A stretch of 63,847 bases of DNA, the filler included, from Choristocarpus tenellus KU-1152 (taxonomy: Eukaryota; Protista; Phaeophyceae): NCBI GenBank assembly GCA_964200185.2. It is 11 parts of 11 records of this genome, joined end to end, with 100 filler letters (N's around TTAATTAATTAA, not from the genome) between each part and the next. Parts side by side here need not be neighbours in the genome. Positions count along the whole stretch, not along the records: positions 1 to 13,838 come from CAXNAD020001352.1; 10 more parts are not named here. One strand, written 5' to 3'. The notes beneath the pieces are model-generated. The model saw only the letters and a program-made list of their open reading frames with translations. It had not been told where the DNA came from and ran no database searches. Positions within the stretch are counted from its first letter, which is position 1, and every line of letters begins with the position of its first letter. Shown here piece by piece: positions 1 to 13,475 of this stretch. The position numbers and the translations under genes were made by a program.

Positions 1-129
1 AATAGGAAGCATTGTGGGAAGTAATTTCAGATTAGTTTGATTAGTCATTCACGGAATAGAATTGATTTGGTGGCATACATTCGCTTCCAAATCGTAGCCA
101 TGCCCTCTACAAAAAGTACCGTAATATTT

Positions 130-295
130 GAACAAAAACATATCCCGACCCTTAAAAAGTGCCGAAACATAAAAAAAAGACATATCCCGGGCCCTTCCAA
201 ATGCAAAAACAGTTGCAAAAAAAAAACTTTCGGTATTTTTTTAAGACCGTTTTCGCAGAACAACCATCCTCATAGCCCCGCTCCATCCTCGACAT
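130..295 (-). mobile_element. Repeat family B copy (inverted)
   Basis: CCCTTAAAAAGTGCCG...ACCATCCTCAT...GCTCCATCCTC is the reverse-complement counterpart of 21950-22050. Confidence 0.55.
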
Positions 296-1453
296 ATAAA
301 ATCCACTGTTATTCGAAGATTAAGGGTAAACCCAACCCTATATCTGCAAAGAAGACTCATGGGAAAAAGAAAGCAAGGACTACACCTGCTAAGGCTTAGG
401 GTGGTTCTCACTCCAAAGCAACCCCCCTCCTACCCACCCCCCAAGCAGACCAAGGTGCAAAAGAAAAAGTCACAACCCAAGAAGACTAAAAAGACTTGGG
501 CTTTTAGGGTCTTTCAGTGTGTAGTGAATTATGCATTTATCCAATCCACCATGTAGGTATGTAGTCTATTTGCAAGGATTGATAGACCTGGTTGACAAGA
601 TGCCAAGTCAGAACTGGTCATGAACAGGCTAACTGACATACATGCGTTGAATGTTGGATCCAGGCTATCTCTTGCCAAATATGTTCAATTCCAGAATATA
701 AGAAGTATGTCTGAGTGCAGCATGTAGCACTACTACTGCCTCCTGTGTAGTGACCGATGCTTTTTTATTTTGTAGGACGTATGCAATGCCTTACGCTTCA
801 TGTGCGCATATTGTCCCATAAATGTACCACATAAATAATTACAACTACAACTACTACGGTACACATTCAATAATTTGTCTCGTGAGAGATGTGATGTGTA
901 CAAAGCGTCGATGACCAGTTTTTTTCACAGGAAGTGTTGGTCCTCAATATGACTCCCCAACTCTCATTCCTCCAAATTACGGTTAGGGTTAATGACATAA
1001 TCTTTCCGCGTTGTATTGTACCTGTAGATTGTAGCCATGATAGTTGTAGTAGACTATCCACTGCTACGTTTCAAACTTCAGACAGAGAGATTCAGACATG
1101 ATATCTAACACCAGAAAATATTTATTTATTGTAAACTTAGCAACTGGAGGTGGTGTGTGTGCACCACACAAAATACAGAGTTACGACAAAACAAATAACA
1201 GGCATCACAATCATCACTGATTGACTCTGATTCAGAGTTCAAAGGATCCTGTGCCATGCTACTGTCCTTCTAGTACTGTCACAAAAAAGAAAAAAATCAA
1301 AATCAAACGAAATTTGTCTTTCAAAATACAGAGATGTTCTACTTCCCTCGAAAATCAATTTTCACCTCTTCATACTGTTTTTAATGAGCTTTGCACCAGT
1401 GTTAGAATCAAAATATAGTCCAACTCCATGCCCCATTTTCAATGACAGGGAAA

Positions 1454-4400
1454 TTAGATGTTGATGCTCTGTGGGATGTCACGAGGCAGCAGCGTCTTAT
1501 AGGCAAAGTTCTTGGCTGCCTTCTTGTCCATCCCTCTGCTCTTCCAAGCACTGACAACATCGCCGTTCCTGATGTCACACGTGAAATGAGGAGTCAAGCA
1601 GTGAAACTTGGGTTAGCGTGATGGATGAGTTACAGGGTCCAATAACAACATCATACGGAAAATGCTCACTTGTGTGTACCTCTTCCTCTTTTCACTATTA
1701 TTGCCCTCCTCTCCAACTGCTTATGAACTACAACCGCATGCATGTGTTTGTTATCACTTAGGGTTAGGGTTAGGAAGCCCAAACATGCACCCACACATAT
1801 CGTTGGGCAACAGTTCTGGATCGAACTGCAATACTCCTATATCGTCACTTAGGCGAGGTGGATACCCAAACCATGATCAAAGAAACTACACAACAGTCTA
1901 TGAGAAATAATTGTACTACCCACCATTTGTATCAGGACGAATGAATCTTGCAGGGTGGGTTCATATAAGCACAATGAACTGCAAATAGAATTGAATGCTC
2001 CTGTTCGTATTAATAATAGTACAGCAATCCAAGTGACTAGTACTCGCAACTGATATATTCAAACATGGCACACAACAGCGTATGTTCAAGGTTGAGGTGG
2101 TCAAGGTAAAAAAGGATACGTTCACAGCACTCAATAATCTCCAAACACTTGAGTACTTGAGGTAAGAAGGTCTAGATTTGGGACAGGGTTGAACTCACTT
2201 GTCTTCAATATCATCCTCATGATCTTCAAGGAAGTCAGAAAGCTTCTGCAGGAGGGGCTTCACCCTGTCATCATCAAATGCGTCTGCTTCATAGTCTCCA
2301 AGACTGCAATCAAGCAGGGGTACATCAGGATTACCACCATGAGGATAGTAAAATACCAACTTCAAGAGATTGTTAGGGGTTGATGGGTTCCTAAGGTGGG
2401 TGTTGGCAGGGATCAATAGAAAACAATGCCAACACCAAACCTGTGCGACAAACGCATCCTGGATCTCCAACAGGACTATGAGAATGTTGTGGTTCGTGTT
2501 CTGTTGCCTACCCATCAAACAAGGCAATAGTGCTTAGGAATACACAACATCACAAGACATATTTTTCTCAAGTACTAGAAACCATTTTCAGAGCTGTGGG
2601 TCAGTCCATTGAAGGCTCAACTACAATAGGTAAACATGTATCCATACGGTTTGTGTTGGATGCATGCTTTGCCAACCTTATTTATGGGTGTGATTGCTGT
2701 AAAGTTCCTTTGTCATGCATCGTGCTTAAAAAAAAAATGGTATTGGTACAGTAAATCGCATTTGGAACTTAGCACTAGATGTCCATGACAGAAAATAAAA
2801 AGTTGTCTTGCTTCTACCCTGCAAGCCTTGGTATGTACAAATAACTATGCACCAAGTAACTATCATAGAGCACAATCAACTGCTAGGCGAGGAAAGTGGC
2901 CTTTCCAAATACGCACTACCATTAAAATTACTTGATTTCCCTAAAACAGATAGGAACAGCAATATGGTGATAGTTGCCCCAAAACCTTGAGACATATAAC
3001 ACAAGAGAGGAGCGAAGTATTGCTCCATACTCTTGGGAGTCCATGCCTGGTGTGGTGCACCCCTCCCAGGAGCTTGCCGACAAAGAGCTGTTCCTTCGCA
3101 TTTTCGATACGAGGGAGGTAAGACACATAGTCGTCTTCTGTGTAGGACGCCTGCCAAATAATCGGAAGCAAAGTAGGAAACAAGTTGCAAGTGCAACTGT
3201 CAAGGTCAGCTGAACAAATGTTATGAAATACTGTCGAGGAGTATCTCAAGAAATATGATGTTGGGGATCTCTTACCCTTAGCGTACACCCATTAAAGTTC
3301 ACAAAGTTAAAGCATACCAAAACAATAAATCACAAGAACACCTTCCCAATATTATACAACATGCACCACTGTGCCAGTAGCTTCGCTCCAGCGGCTCTAC
3401 CAAACGTCAACTCTTCATCTAAGCAGATATCAGAAACATTTTGTTGAGGAGATTGGTTGGTTTCAAACAGATGTCACAACATACAGGCTAGCAGTGTTGT
3501 GACCTGTAAAATTACCCTCAGAGCTGTACATCATCAGAAGAGCACCCCCGTACCATCAAGAACGTGTTTTCAACAACCCTTTGCCTGCCCTTCAGCTTCA
3601 ACAGTACATTTTCTTCACTAGAGTAGCAACATCCATCACAAAAAATAAAACAGACTTCTCACTTTCTTTGCCTCAGTAGGGCTGGGTTTCATGAGGCCAA
3701 GGGGGTAGGCCGGCACGAAGGCCATGATGGGTTTCTGAGGGAAGTTGACAGCTGCATGGAGGGTACTGGCTGTGTAGATAACACTGGCAATCACCTATTA
3801 CAATTTTGATGTCAACCATTCAGGGGTTGTTTGATTGGGTGAGGGTTCATAAGAGAGATGCATGTATCAGTTGTCTTGCAATGGGTTGGACTCAAGGATT
3901 CAGGAAATGTACAGAGAAATACTTAAGTCCAACAACAACGGTGCTTTCAAGGTCACAAGAGTCCAAAGTTTAAGAATCTAACACAAACAGGGACAGGACG
4001 GCACAAATCAGTAAAATTTGGGATATCCGCAATATATCCAACCTTTCCATGAACTCAGTTGCAGCTACTCATCAATATGCATAGAAAAAATGTGCCTTGT
4101 CATTTTATGTATCATTATACTATCAAAAAGCTGCTCTGACCTCTCCCACTTGAGAAAGAGCTACCCGTTCTTGTGTGATGCCTCACCTTGCTGAGGAATG
4201 CCAGCTTGTTGTCGGTGGTGTCAAACTCTGCCAACCATGCTGACCTACCATTGTCAACCATATCCTCCACCCAGTTCTGAAAAGTACAGCAAAAGGCACA
4301 AAAGGATTTTGTCGAGTGTGGACATACGTATTGTTGCTGAGAAGGGCCTGGAAGATCACTTGCGTATTTTCAAAGCACTTCAATTCATGCTATATCTAAT

Positions 4401-7400
4401 AATGGACCAATATGAACTTAGGGTTAGGGTTAGGGTTAGATCAATGTGAAAGTTTGTCTTCATGTCTAAAAAGCTCTGAGCATACTTGTCCGCACATGCC
4501 ATTTCATGAAGGAAAAGGTCAGGGCTATTTTGGTAGCCTCTCACCTTCAGCTCATGGTCACCGCCCATCTCCTCATCCTGCACTTCCTTACTACTTCCGT
4601 AGTAAATCTGGTTTAGAGTTAGGGCAAACATTTGTCAAGGATAAGCTATGGAGAAATTTGAAGGGGGCACACCCCTAGCAATGATCCTTTGAAGCACTGT
4701 ATTGGTGGGTCAGAGATAGGATTTATTAAGACCAGTGCCACTAAATTTAGCCAACGACTGACTGTGTCATCAAGCATAGGTAGCTCTACCAATGTGCTTC
4801 TTGCAGGTCAACGTGCAACCGGGCAGAGTTTGATGAACTTAGGGTTAGGCTAAGGTTCTTCCTAATTTCTGAATCAATTTCAAAACATAAGTCTAACAGG
4901 AGAGGTTTGTCAATCTTACAAAATAGATGACATTTTGTGGTACATTTTGCGTACCTCAAGGTAGCCAGTGACCCACTCTAGTGTGGCCTCCCAGATGGGC
5001 ATGGCGTCGTCACGGTACCGGTAAGGGTAAGGGAATGACTTGGCATCCATTTGCCTCTCCTCTAGGTCTGCAGGCAGAGAAAAGTCCTTGGAAAGGCGTT
5101 TGATAACCTGTTACACCATTGCAACAGAGTAACATATTGCAAGGAGAACAAGGATCCAAGCAAGTTGAGACAGAGTACCATTATTGTACAACCAAATAGA
5201 AAGAGCAGAACGACCACAGTACTTGCCATGGCCTTGACTCAAACAGAAAGCCTAATCCTGACCCACACTAGCAATGTAGGGGAAAGGTGAATACGTATAT
5301 GTATCGTACCTCAGAGGTGATGGTGGGATGTAGGGCCACAACATCTGCGCTAAACATGTCATCAACACTCCCGTCCTTCTCGATCAATGAATTAGATGCA
5401 GAGTGGTTGATGAAAGCAGTTCCCTCCAAGTGAGGCTTGAGAAGCTTGTAGATGGGGTGACGATTGCTAAAGTGTCGATTGGTGGCCACCAGGAAGGGTT
5501 CGACAGTGAGATGGGTCTGGCCAAGGTGACAGATGCCCTCGTGCCACCTAGGGTTGTGCATCACACCATAAAAAAAATCATGGAAGATAGGATTGAGTTT
5601 AGTGCAAGGGCATTGACTGAGTGGCATGCGCCCTTTGGTTATGCCCAAAAAACCAATATACTGTCAGACAACAGAAGGTACAAGGAGAAATGTATTCAAG
5701 GGATCTTTATGTCTTGCTCAAAACAACAAAAACAGTTCTTCATCATTTCACCTGCCAACAGGGTTCATCTGTAACCTGCTGGGTTAGGTTTAGGGTTAAG
5801 ATTAGCTTATGGCACCTCATGCTGGACCAAGCATTTCCCTCCTTCCCGTATCCCTTTGCCCCTTCAATACCCTCTCTGTGTGATTATCTTTCCTTGACCA
5901 GCACATATGTGTGTTGGAGGTCACTCTTACCACTCAAACATATAAGGAAAAAGGAACCTAAAAAATTACAGAATATTTCACAGGTACTGACTAGGCAGGG
6001 TAGGCCACAAAGCAATGTTGATAAACAAGTTTGACGCGACATATGGAGGGGGGAACTGCTCAGTCTGGGAACTGGAGTCATCAGTACAAAATGTTTACTT
6101 CAACAGTACACAGTGTGCAAAATGCAGCAATCGAGGCTCACAAACGTATTGACCTCCTGGTCAAGATTAGAGTTACACTATGGCCACAAATGGAGGAAAC
6201 AACATGCATCTATCTCCAAACAGCTTTTTTGAAAATAAAATAATTTCCACAAATATGCGAAACTGTAGGCATATGGGGTAATTTACTAAGAATTGCTAAA
6301 ATCTTATGTGACAGTATACTAGTGAATGAAGGGAAAAGCAGGCCATCAGAAAACCTCTAAATATCGATCAAATAGTACCTAACCCTAACCCTATTGAAAT
6401 TTCGGTAACAAAAAAAACTTCATAACTTCATAAATACGCTCTTAGAGCCAACAGTACAGTCATGTACCATATTTATAGTTGGATTGGAGTTGGTCAATTG
6501 CACACATGAGTAGCCGTTAGAGGTATAGAAGTACACATTAAAAGGTACATGGCTAAATAAGGAATAGAAGGTCACTAAGCTGCAACCCTATATGGGAAAC
6601 GTAAGAAACCAAAAGAATTTCCGTCTAAAACTCCAAATAATTTATGAATGGAAAAAAAAATTACTGAAGATCGGGATTCTCATAGGCATTCCTCACATGC
6701 CATCACAGCTGTGGTAGCAAAGCTTGGCGATTTGCCACGCCCAGCCATCATCAGGGGTCATGATTGGGGGAAGAGGCTCCCCATCCTTGGCCACACCACA
6801 CTGTTTTTAGGGATAAGGTCTTAGTCCAATTATTGTTTGTGCATTTGTGCATGTTTGTTCAATCAAGCTCTCATCCAATTGAAGTAGGGGGGGAGGGGCA
6901 CATATGCACTTCAGACTCTTCAGTGATACAAATACTGAAATACAACACAATATTGGATACCCAAAACATACCAAGAACATATTATAGGCAATAACGCCTC
7001 AATGGTTTTGGCAAACCCAGGAACACACTACTAAATTTGATGGCAATCAAAACAGGGATAAACATTGAATGAAACTGACCGCAAAGGGATGGGCAACAAG
7101 GAAAAGGTTTCCTACAATACCTGGATGGCGACAGGCAAGAGGGGCTGCAGCTCACGGAACTCGTTGTCGGGATTGAGCTCAAACAGACCAATTGTAGGGT
7201 TAACACACTTGGTCTCCACCTCGCCATTTCTGCAGCACAATTAAGTAATGTATCACCAGCATGTTCTCACATATTAAAACTGGAATTATATATAGCATTT
7301 CTCACACCATAAAAGCTTGGTAGATGAAATCTCAGAATGCCACACATCACCACACAACCCTCCGAATGAAAACTCCATTGTTTCAATAGAACGCACACAA

Positions 7401-10400
7401 TCATGCATACATTATGGAGGCTAGGGTTAGGGATTTTACAGGGTGAAAGTATTGTTTCTTGGCTAACCCTAACCCTATCAATAACTTGTATATAAATATC
7501 ATACCATACAATCCATAATAAAATACCCTAGGCACAAAACATTAGGGGGTAGAACTAGGGTTAGGGTTAGGGTTAGGGTTAGATTTACCCTCAATGGAGA
7601 ATATGGAATAAAATAGTTTGCCAGGTGAAGATGAGGGAAGTACAACCAAAGTCCTCCTAAGCTCAATGCTACTAGCAAAATGCCACAAGAAACAATCGTT
7701 GTCCATAACAATTATACAAGTTATCTTACTTTTGACATACATTAAATGCTGAACATGAAAGACCAAAAGTAACCGTATAGGCATAAATGTGCACAACGGT
7801 GGCAGTTTCAAAAGAGGAATACTGGCAGATGATCTGATTGGGGAGATCAGGTCATATGTGAAAAAAAACATTCTTCACTTACATCCCAATGATGGTCCCT
7901 TCCTTCTGCCCATCCCAAAGTGACCAGTCCACAGCATATAAGGTCTTTTTGCTCATCGCTGCCTCCAACTATGTACAGTAAACAGTAAACATGATCATCC
8001 ATCATTGTAGAAATTGTAACATCAGCTGTAGCCATTACACAATTGGCATTCACACAAGTACATATGTCAAATGAAGTGAAATGCCTACAAGTGAATTTTC
8101 CCTTCATAAACATAATTGAGTCATTCCTCTTCTACCATGGACCTTGGGGTCACATGAGTAACTATAATGAATGGCTTGGCTCCATTAGACATTACCACCA
8201 CGATGAAAAACATGACATGACAGTGCATGTTTTACAAACATCAAAAAGGTAATACTACTTGAATATGATGTCTGTAGGATCAGTCTCACATATAACAATT
8301 TCTTCACAACTTGGATGATTGCTAAGGATCATAAACACACACAACTGCAAAGAAGAATTTATGTCCGAAGTAACACGATTGACCCCAACTCTAAACAAGC
8401 TAATGAATCAGTAAACTTGGATCCATAGAAAGAAAATATACACCACCAGTATACCAACAACTAACAATTTCTGCAAACTTAGTGTACAAACAACCAAGGA
8501 AGGACACCATAATACATAATGCCAAGAACGCCAAGACCCTTACCCAAAATGCAATCCTAACCCTAGACAAAGGTCTCAAAAGAAATATTTTCTGAGTGTT
8601 GCTTGTATCACACTGTTAAATAAAAACATCCTTGGTTCATGTCACTTTAGCCATGCACCTTTTTCTTGAGCTCAGCGTACTGCTTCTGTGCCAGTGTCTG
8701 GGAAAGCTTGTTGAACACCTCATCATTGCATGGACAAATCACCACTGGGTTTGGCCCTTGAGAATAAAACGGATATCAAAAAAGAATTTTAAAAAGACGG
8801 TTGATTGAATCAAAAGCATAAATTTAGTCTATTAACGTAGCAAGAAAATGTAGTAGGTTACAATGGTGTTACAAGGATCAAAATAACACCACATGAATAA
8901 ATTAATGGAGCAATTTCAACACAGAATGGGAAATTTTCGATGAATATTTTTTACCCACTTCTTCAGCGGTCGTGTATGCAAGAGTTATATGCAAGATTTT
9001 TTTGCATATACATAAAACAGATCTATTATTTCCAAGCAACCGCTGTTTCTCTATACGTACTCAAATGTCTGATATATAGCTGTCCAATGCAATCCCAAAC
9101 AAGGATGAAAATAGGACTAGATTTAGTTCCGACAGTTGCTGACCAATTCCAGAATTTCCCTCTCCCTGCCAACTTCTCAATCACCACTCAAGTCAGTGAA
9201 GCATATCACTTGCTTCATCCTCCCAGAAGAGTACCAGCAATCCAACAGATACCACCAACCATATTTTCTTAGTCATACTGTACCACTGACTAAACCACTA
9301 ACCCCAACCATATTTAAAACACTGATCCCCATACACTACACTCAGTAAGATGTACTTAGGGTTAGGGTTAGACAAATGAAATAGGAAACTTCTGTACACT
9401 ACACTATTGAAGAGGTATCTCCAAAAGAGAAAAATGGGTGAGGATGCGGTCACAGGTGTTACCAACACACTAACAGTGATAGTACCATTTCAGCCACGAA
9501 GTTCAAGGAGGCAAAGCTCACTCTTTATGTCCCCTATGTTTCCCACTACTCTAAGCATCACTCTCTACCAGAGAAATAATGGCATCAACAATGAAGAGAA
9601 AGTAACTCTCCTTTATGAAAGAAGTCATCACAAAACCGAAATCTACGAGTCTTCCTCACCCTGGAGACGGAGTCGTGCAAAGGCCAGGTCATCATCGTGG
9701 TCAATAACACTCTTAGGCTTCAAGTTAGGGAACTCAAACAAGTCCATAAAGTCATCGATGTCCTCAGCCTGATAAACAATCATGGACAAGGAGTTAAGTT
9801 AACTAGAGCTGAAATTGGGGCAACACAACAGTTGACATATCCAAAAAAGGTCACTATCACATACTAGTTGTAAAGTACTCGTATTGAACAAAATTCGAGA
9901 AAGGGTGACAACCAGTGAGCCAGAGGACATACATATTGCATATTATGCTATCCCAGAGTCCTAGTGGATACATTTCCAGTCCTAGTGTAAAACTCAGGGA
10001 TAGGGAAGATCCAAATATTATGCACTTCACAGCCTAACAAGCTCAGTTCTCATACTGAAAATTTGCAATGATTGAAAGCTGTGAGGAGATAACGTTCAAC
10101 ACTTCAAGGCAAAATAACCCTAACCCTAACCCAAAATTGAATCGAATATAAAATCAAAAGAGTCATCAGCTCACAACAGTATCAGCCCAATCGTTGTCGT
10201 TGTTGAATTTGATTGACTGAGCAAGCTCTCGGAAGAAGTGAAGATGGTCAGATTGCCCAGTCAAGGCTTTGATAATCTCATCAATACCAAACTGAGCCCT
10301 GAGACCGCATCAATGAAGGGAATGAATGAGGAAGGGAAATGTGTTCAGCATCAAGATGTCAAGAGGTAGTCCAAAGCAACAAAGGGAACCTCATACACCA

Positions 10401-13400
10401 GGGTTAGGGTTCAAAAATCATGATGCATCTCTACCAATATGCACTCGCCAACTATAATATTGTATGTTCTTCCTGAATATCCTAAGAACCTGCATCAAAC
10501 TCTAATCATAATACTGACCCACATTTAAGTATGATGTTGTCTCACCTGAAGCCTCCAAGAAGAATTCTTAGTGTAACTCCAGCCAGCTTCACTGCCCAAC
10601 TCAAACTTGGCCCTTCCAATGAAAAATCAAACCCATCTAGATAGGGACTTCCCGCTGGGTTGACCTAAAATTCAGAACCCCACCAAGGATGTCAAGACTG
10701 AAGATTAGTGTTAGGGTTAGGGTTAGGGTTGAAGTCAAGACAAGAACGGGAACATCGAGGGTTAGGGTTAGACAGAAAGAAGTGTAATCGACAACAACAG
10801 ACATGATGCTGTACAATCAGGATGATGGTTCACACCAAACAAGGTGCTGATACACAGCGGGCAAAGAGGGTACATGTCTTGTCACTTTTTGATACAAACT
10901 TTGGATGTTGGGCAATAGTCAAGGATGTGACAACAAAAGGTACTGAATACACAGTGGATGGAAAGAGGATCACCTATACAATTCTGGACAACAAAGAGGT
11001 ACACCGTAGGGTTAGAAATAAATTTCAGAAAAAAATAGGTACAAATCACTCAGCAGACAAATGAAGAGAACAAATGTAGGATTACGGTTGACTTTTGGAC
11101 AAGAACACAAACGATATGTAAAGAAGACACGAAGAAAATTATATACACATTTGAGTCATAATAGGATATACCTCATGTGTCCATTTGTAGTTTTCCTTTT
11201 GCGCCTCAACACCAGCTAACCTCTCTGCTGGTTCCGAGTCATGCTGATTTGAGATAGTAGGGGTTGAGCGAGTTTGTGGTCGAATCAGGTACAACCAAGA
11301 AATAACTACAATGGGTACCTGTTAGGTATACCCAACATGTCCATAATAACCCTGATCCTTCCACTAAACAAAGTACATTCAGTCTCATACCTCAAGGTAG
11401 GTTTGCCCATGCCATTGTCCTGTGTTTTCTACTAATGATGACTTCACAATCAAAATAATACTTTGTTTGGGTTGAGGCGAGGATTGTGAAAGCGTTTCCA
11501 AAAACTTAGTTTTCATGTACTGTGGGCACATCTACACTTGGAGAAACAATATCACTCCTGCATTTAATGCCCCACAAAAACTAGATTAGAAGCCTAGTTC
11601 AAGTCCATAACCAGTACCACCAAATCTGGAGTGCAGTACTGCAACTAGGGTAGTAAGACTGATATATTGGCAAATAGAATCACTTTCACTAAATCAAGTA
11701 GGCTGACATGTTCGTCACAGATAGTTGAGCTTGCCTTGGAAGAGGTTTGATTTGTTTCCATTGGATCAAATTCAACCCGAACCCTAACCTCATTCAAGTT
11801 CAGAACACATTTTGAATATCAAATCAAGTATGCAAATATAAATCAAGGTTAAATAAGGTATAAAAAAGATTTTTTTACTTGATTAACAATAATATAAAAC
11901 AATAGGAGTAATTTCTAACACAATAAATCCAGTCCTTGCTGCAAAATCAAGACGAGGACCTTTAAGAAACTTTGGTGATTATGCACAAATAACAAATCCA
12001 GTATTGGGGGCAAGTGCAGCTTTGCAAGCATTTTCTGCATATCTGGATGATGAAATTTCTAATCTAAAACGATGTATAGTTTAAAGGACTTTAGTAGGGT
12101 TAGTGCTAGAGTCACCTGTACTGAAACAGTGTGAGGAACATATGTTAGATGATGAGTAAGAGAGTGCACTTCAGTTCTAACAATAACTCACCTGAGGAAG
12201 AACAGTAGAATGTAGGACAGAACCAAATTGGAGTGGCCTAGACAGAGTCCTTCTCAATCATATGTAAATTGCAGCATTTAATACAAAGGGGAGAGGGGTT
12301 AGGGTTAGGGGTGGATGCGCAACACGTTTCAGCAGAGAACAGCTGAGAGTTAAGAACAGTTTCGAGACAGAGAGTAAAAACAATAATCGTAGGAAGAGGA
12401 AAAGGACAGGATATAAATACGTAAGTCTAGTGCACTAAAATCCAGGTGCAAAAAAGTATGACTCTTTGCTTCGGAAACCTGACCCTATCCCTGGCAAAAC
12501 ATCTTCAAGAGGGATGTGGAGTGGGTGACGGTAAAGAGTGCTCAGCAGGGTTAGTGTTAAGCAACACTCTTCTGGAGGACCATCTCTCAAGGAGAATTGC
12601 ATCTAAAGAGCAAGTTTTGGTATACACATCAACAAGATGGCCATGCCTGAGAACAAAACTGTTTCGATTAGTTGTAGTACGGTCAAGACCTGCAAACAAA
12701 AAACATGAGTAGAAAATATGGAAAAATCCCTTTCATAGCACGTATGTTGAGTAGTGGTTGCACCGTGCAGTAATCAGCATATTGTTCTATGCAATTTGCA
12801 CCGCTTTTCAATGTTGTCTAAACACTCTCCTCTTATTTAGATCTGACATTTCGCAGAGTCTCATCTATGATTGCTTCTGGATGTGTTACACTGAGAGGTT
12901 CAGCAGAAGGATATGGCCTGTTAAAGAGGCCCCACCATTAGTATCGAAACGTTTAGATAGCAGCCAGAGAGAGTTGAAACAAAGGATAGGGTTGGCTTTG
13001 ATCAGAGAAGAGAGTCACCACCTCCCACAGCATCTCTTTTCAGCATCTCTTCGTGTGTGTATTGATGCATTGAGCAAGAAGAAGCAAGGCACATTTTGAA
13101 GATATCCTACAAAATGCCGAGAACGTCCGACTTCAAACTTTGCCGTAACCTGTCCTATAGTCCTCTGCGAAGTGTCTTGACTGCGCGTTCAGTACTTCAT
13201 TGTCGCTCTTTTGTTTACAATTTGAGACGGCAGCTGTTCTATCGGAAGACAACAAATTCGAGTGCTTGATCAAGATAGGTACTGGAATATTGTGCGGGGT
13301 ACCAGGACCAATATTGAAAAAAACCAATTTGCCTTGTTCCAGACTACCTGGTCTGTGGAATGGATAGGTGTCCTCCACCTGGCGTTTTCCTGCTTCCTAA

Positions 13401-13475
13401 TGTCCGCGTTGGCACCAAAGCAGAAACAAAGCCAGCTTGGACACCCAGGATAGCTGATAGAGACAAAACCTTCAT
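1454..13475 (-). CDS. LOX: Lipoxygenase (non-heme iron), ~668 aa, 19 coding exons, predicted plastid-targeted
   Basis: Hand-spliced exons, 5'->3': 13475-13379, 12689-12647, 12237-12192, 11243-11172, 10664-10546, 10298-10175, 9768-9660, 8756-8659, 7968-7883, 7229-7121, 6800-6697, 5547-5310, 5107-4955, 4607-4545, 4276-4187, 3794-3663, 3150-3047, 2303-2199, 1568-1454. Total 2007 nt with all phases compatible. LOX motifs appear in order: VLPQHD...YKW, FARLRLQGPNP, LPVAIQ, WQIAK, HEGICHLGQTHLTVEPF.VAT.R...HPIYKLLKPH, YRDDA..IW, HAAVNFPQ and C-terminal IPQSINI-stop. The first two exons are less certain: a donor at 13348 could instead join exon 1 directly to the 12237 exon. Confidence 0.96.
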
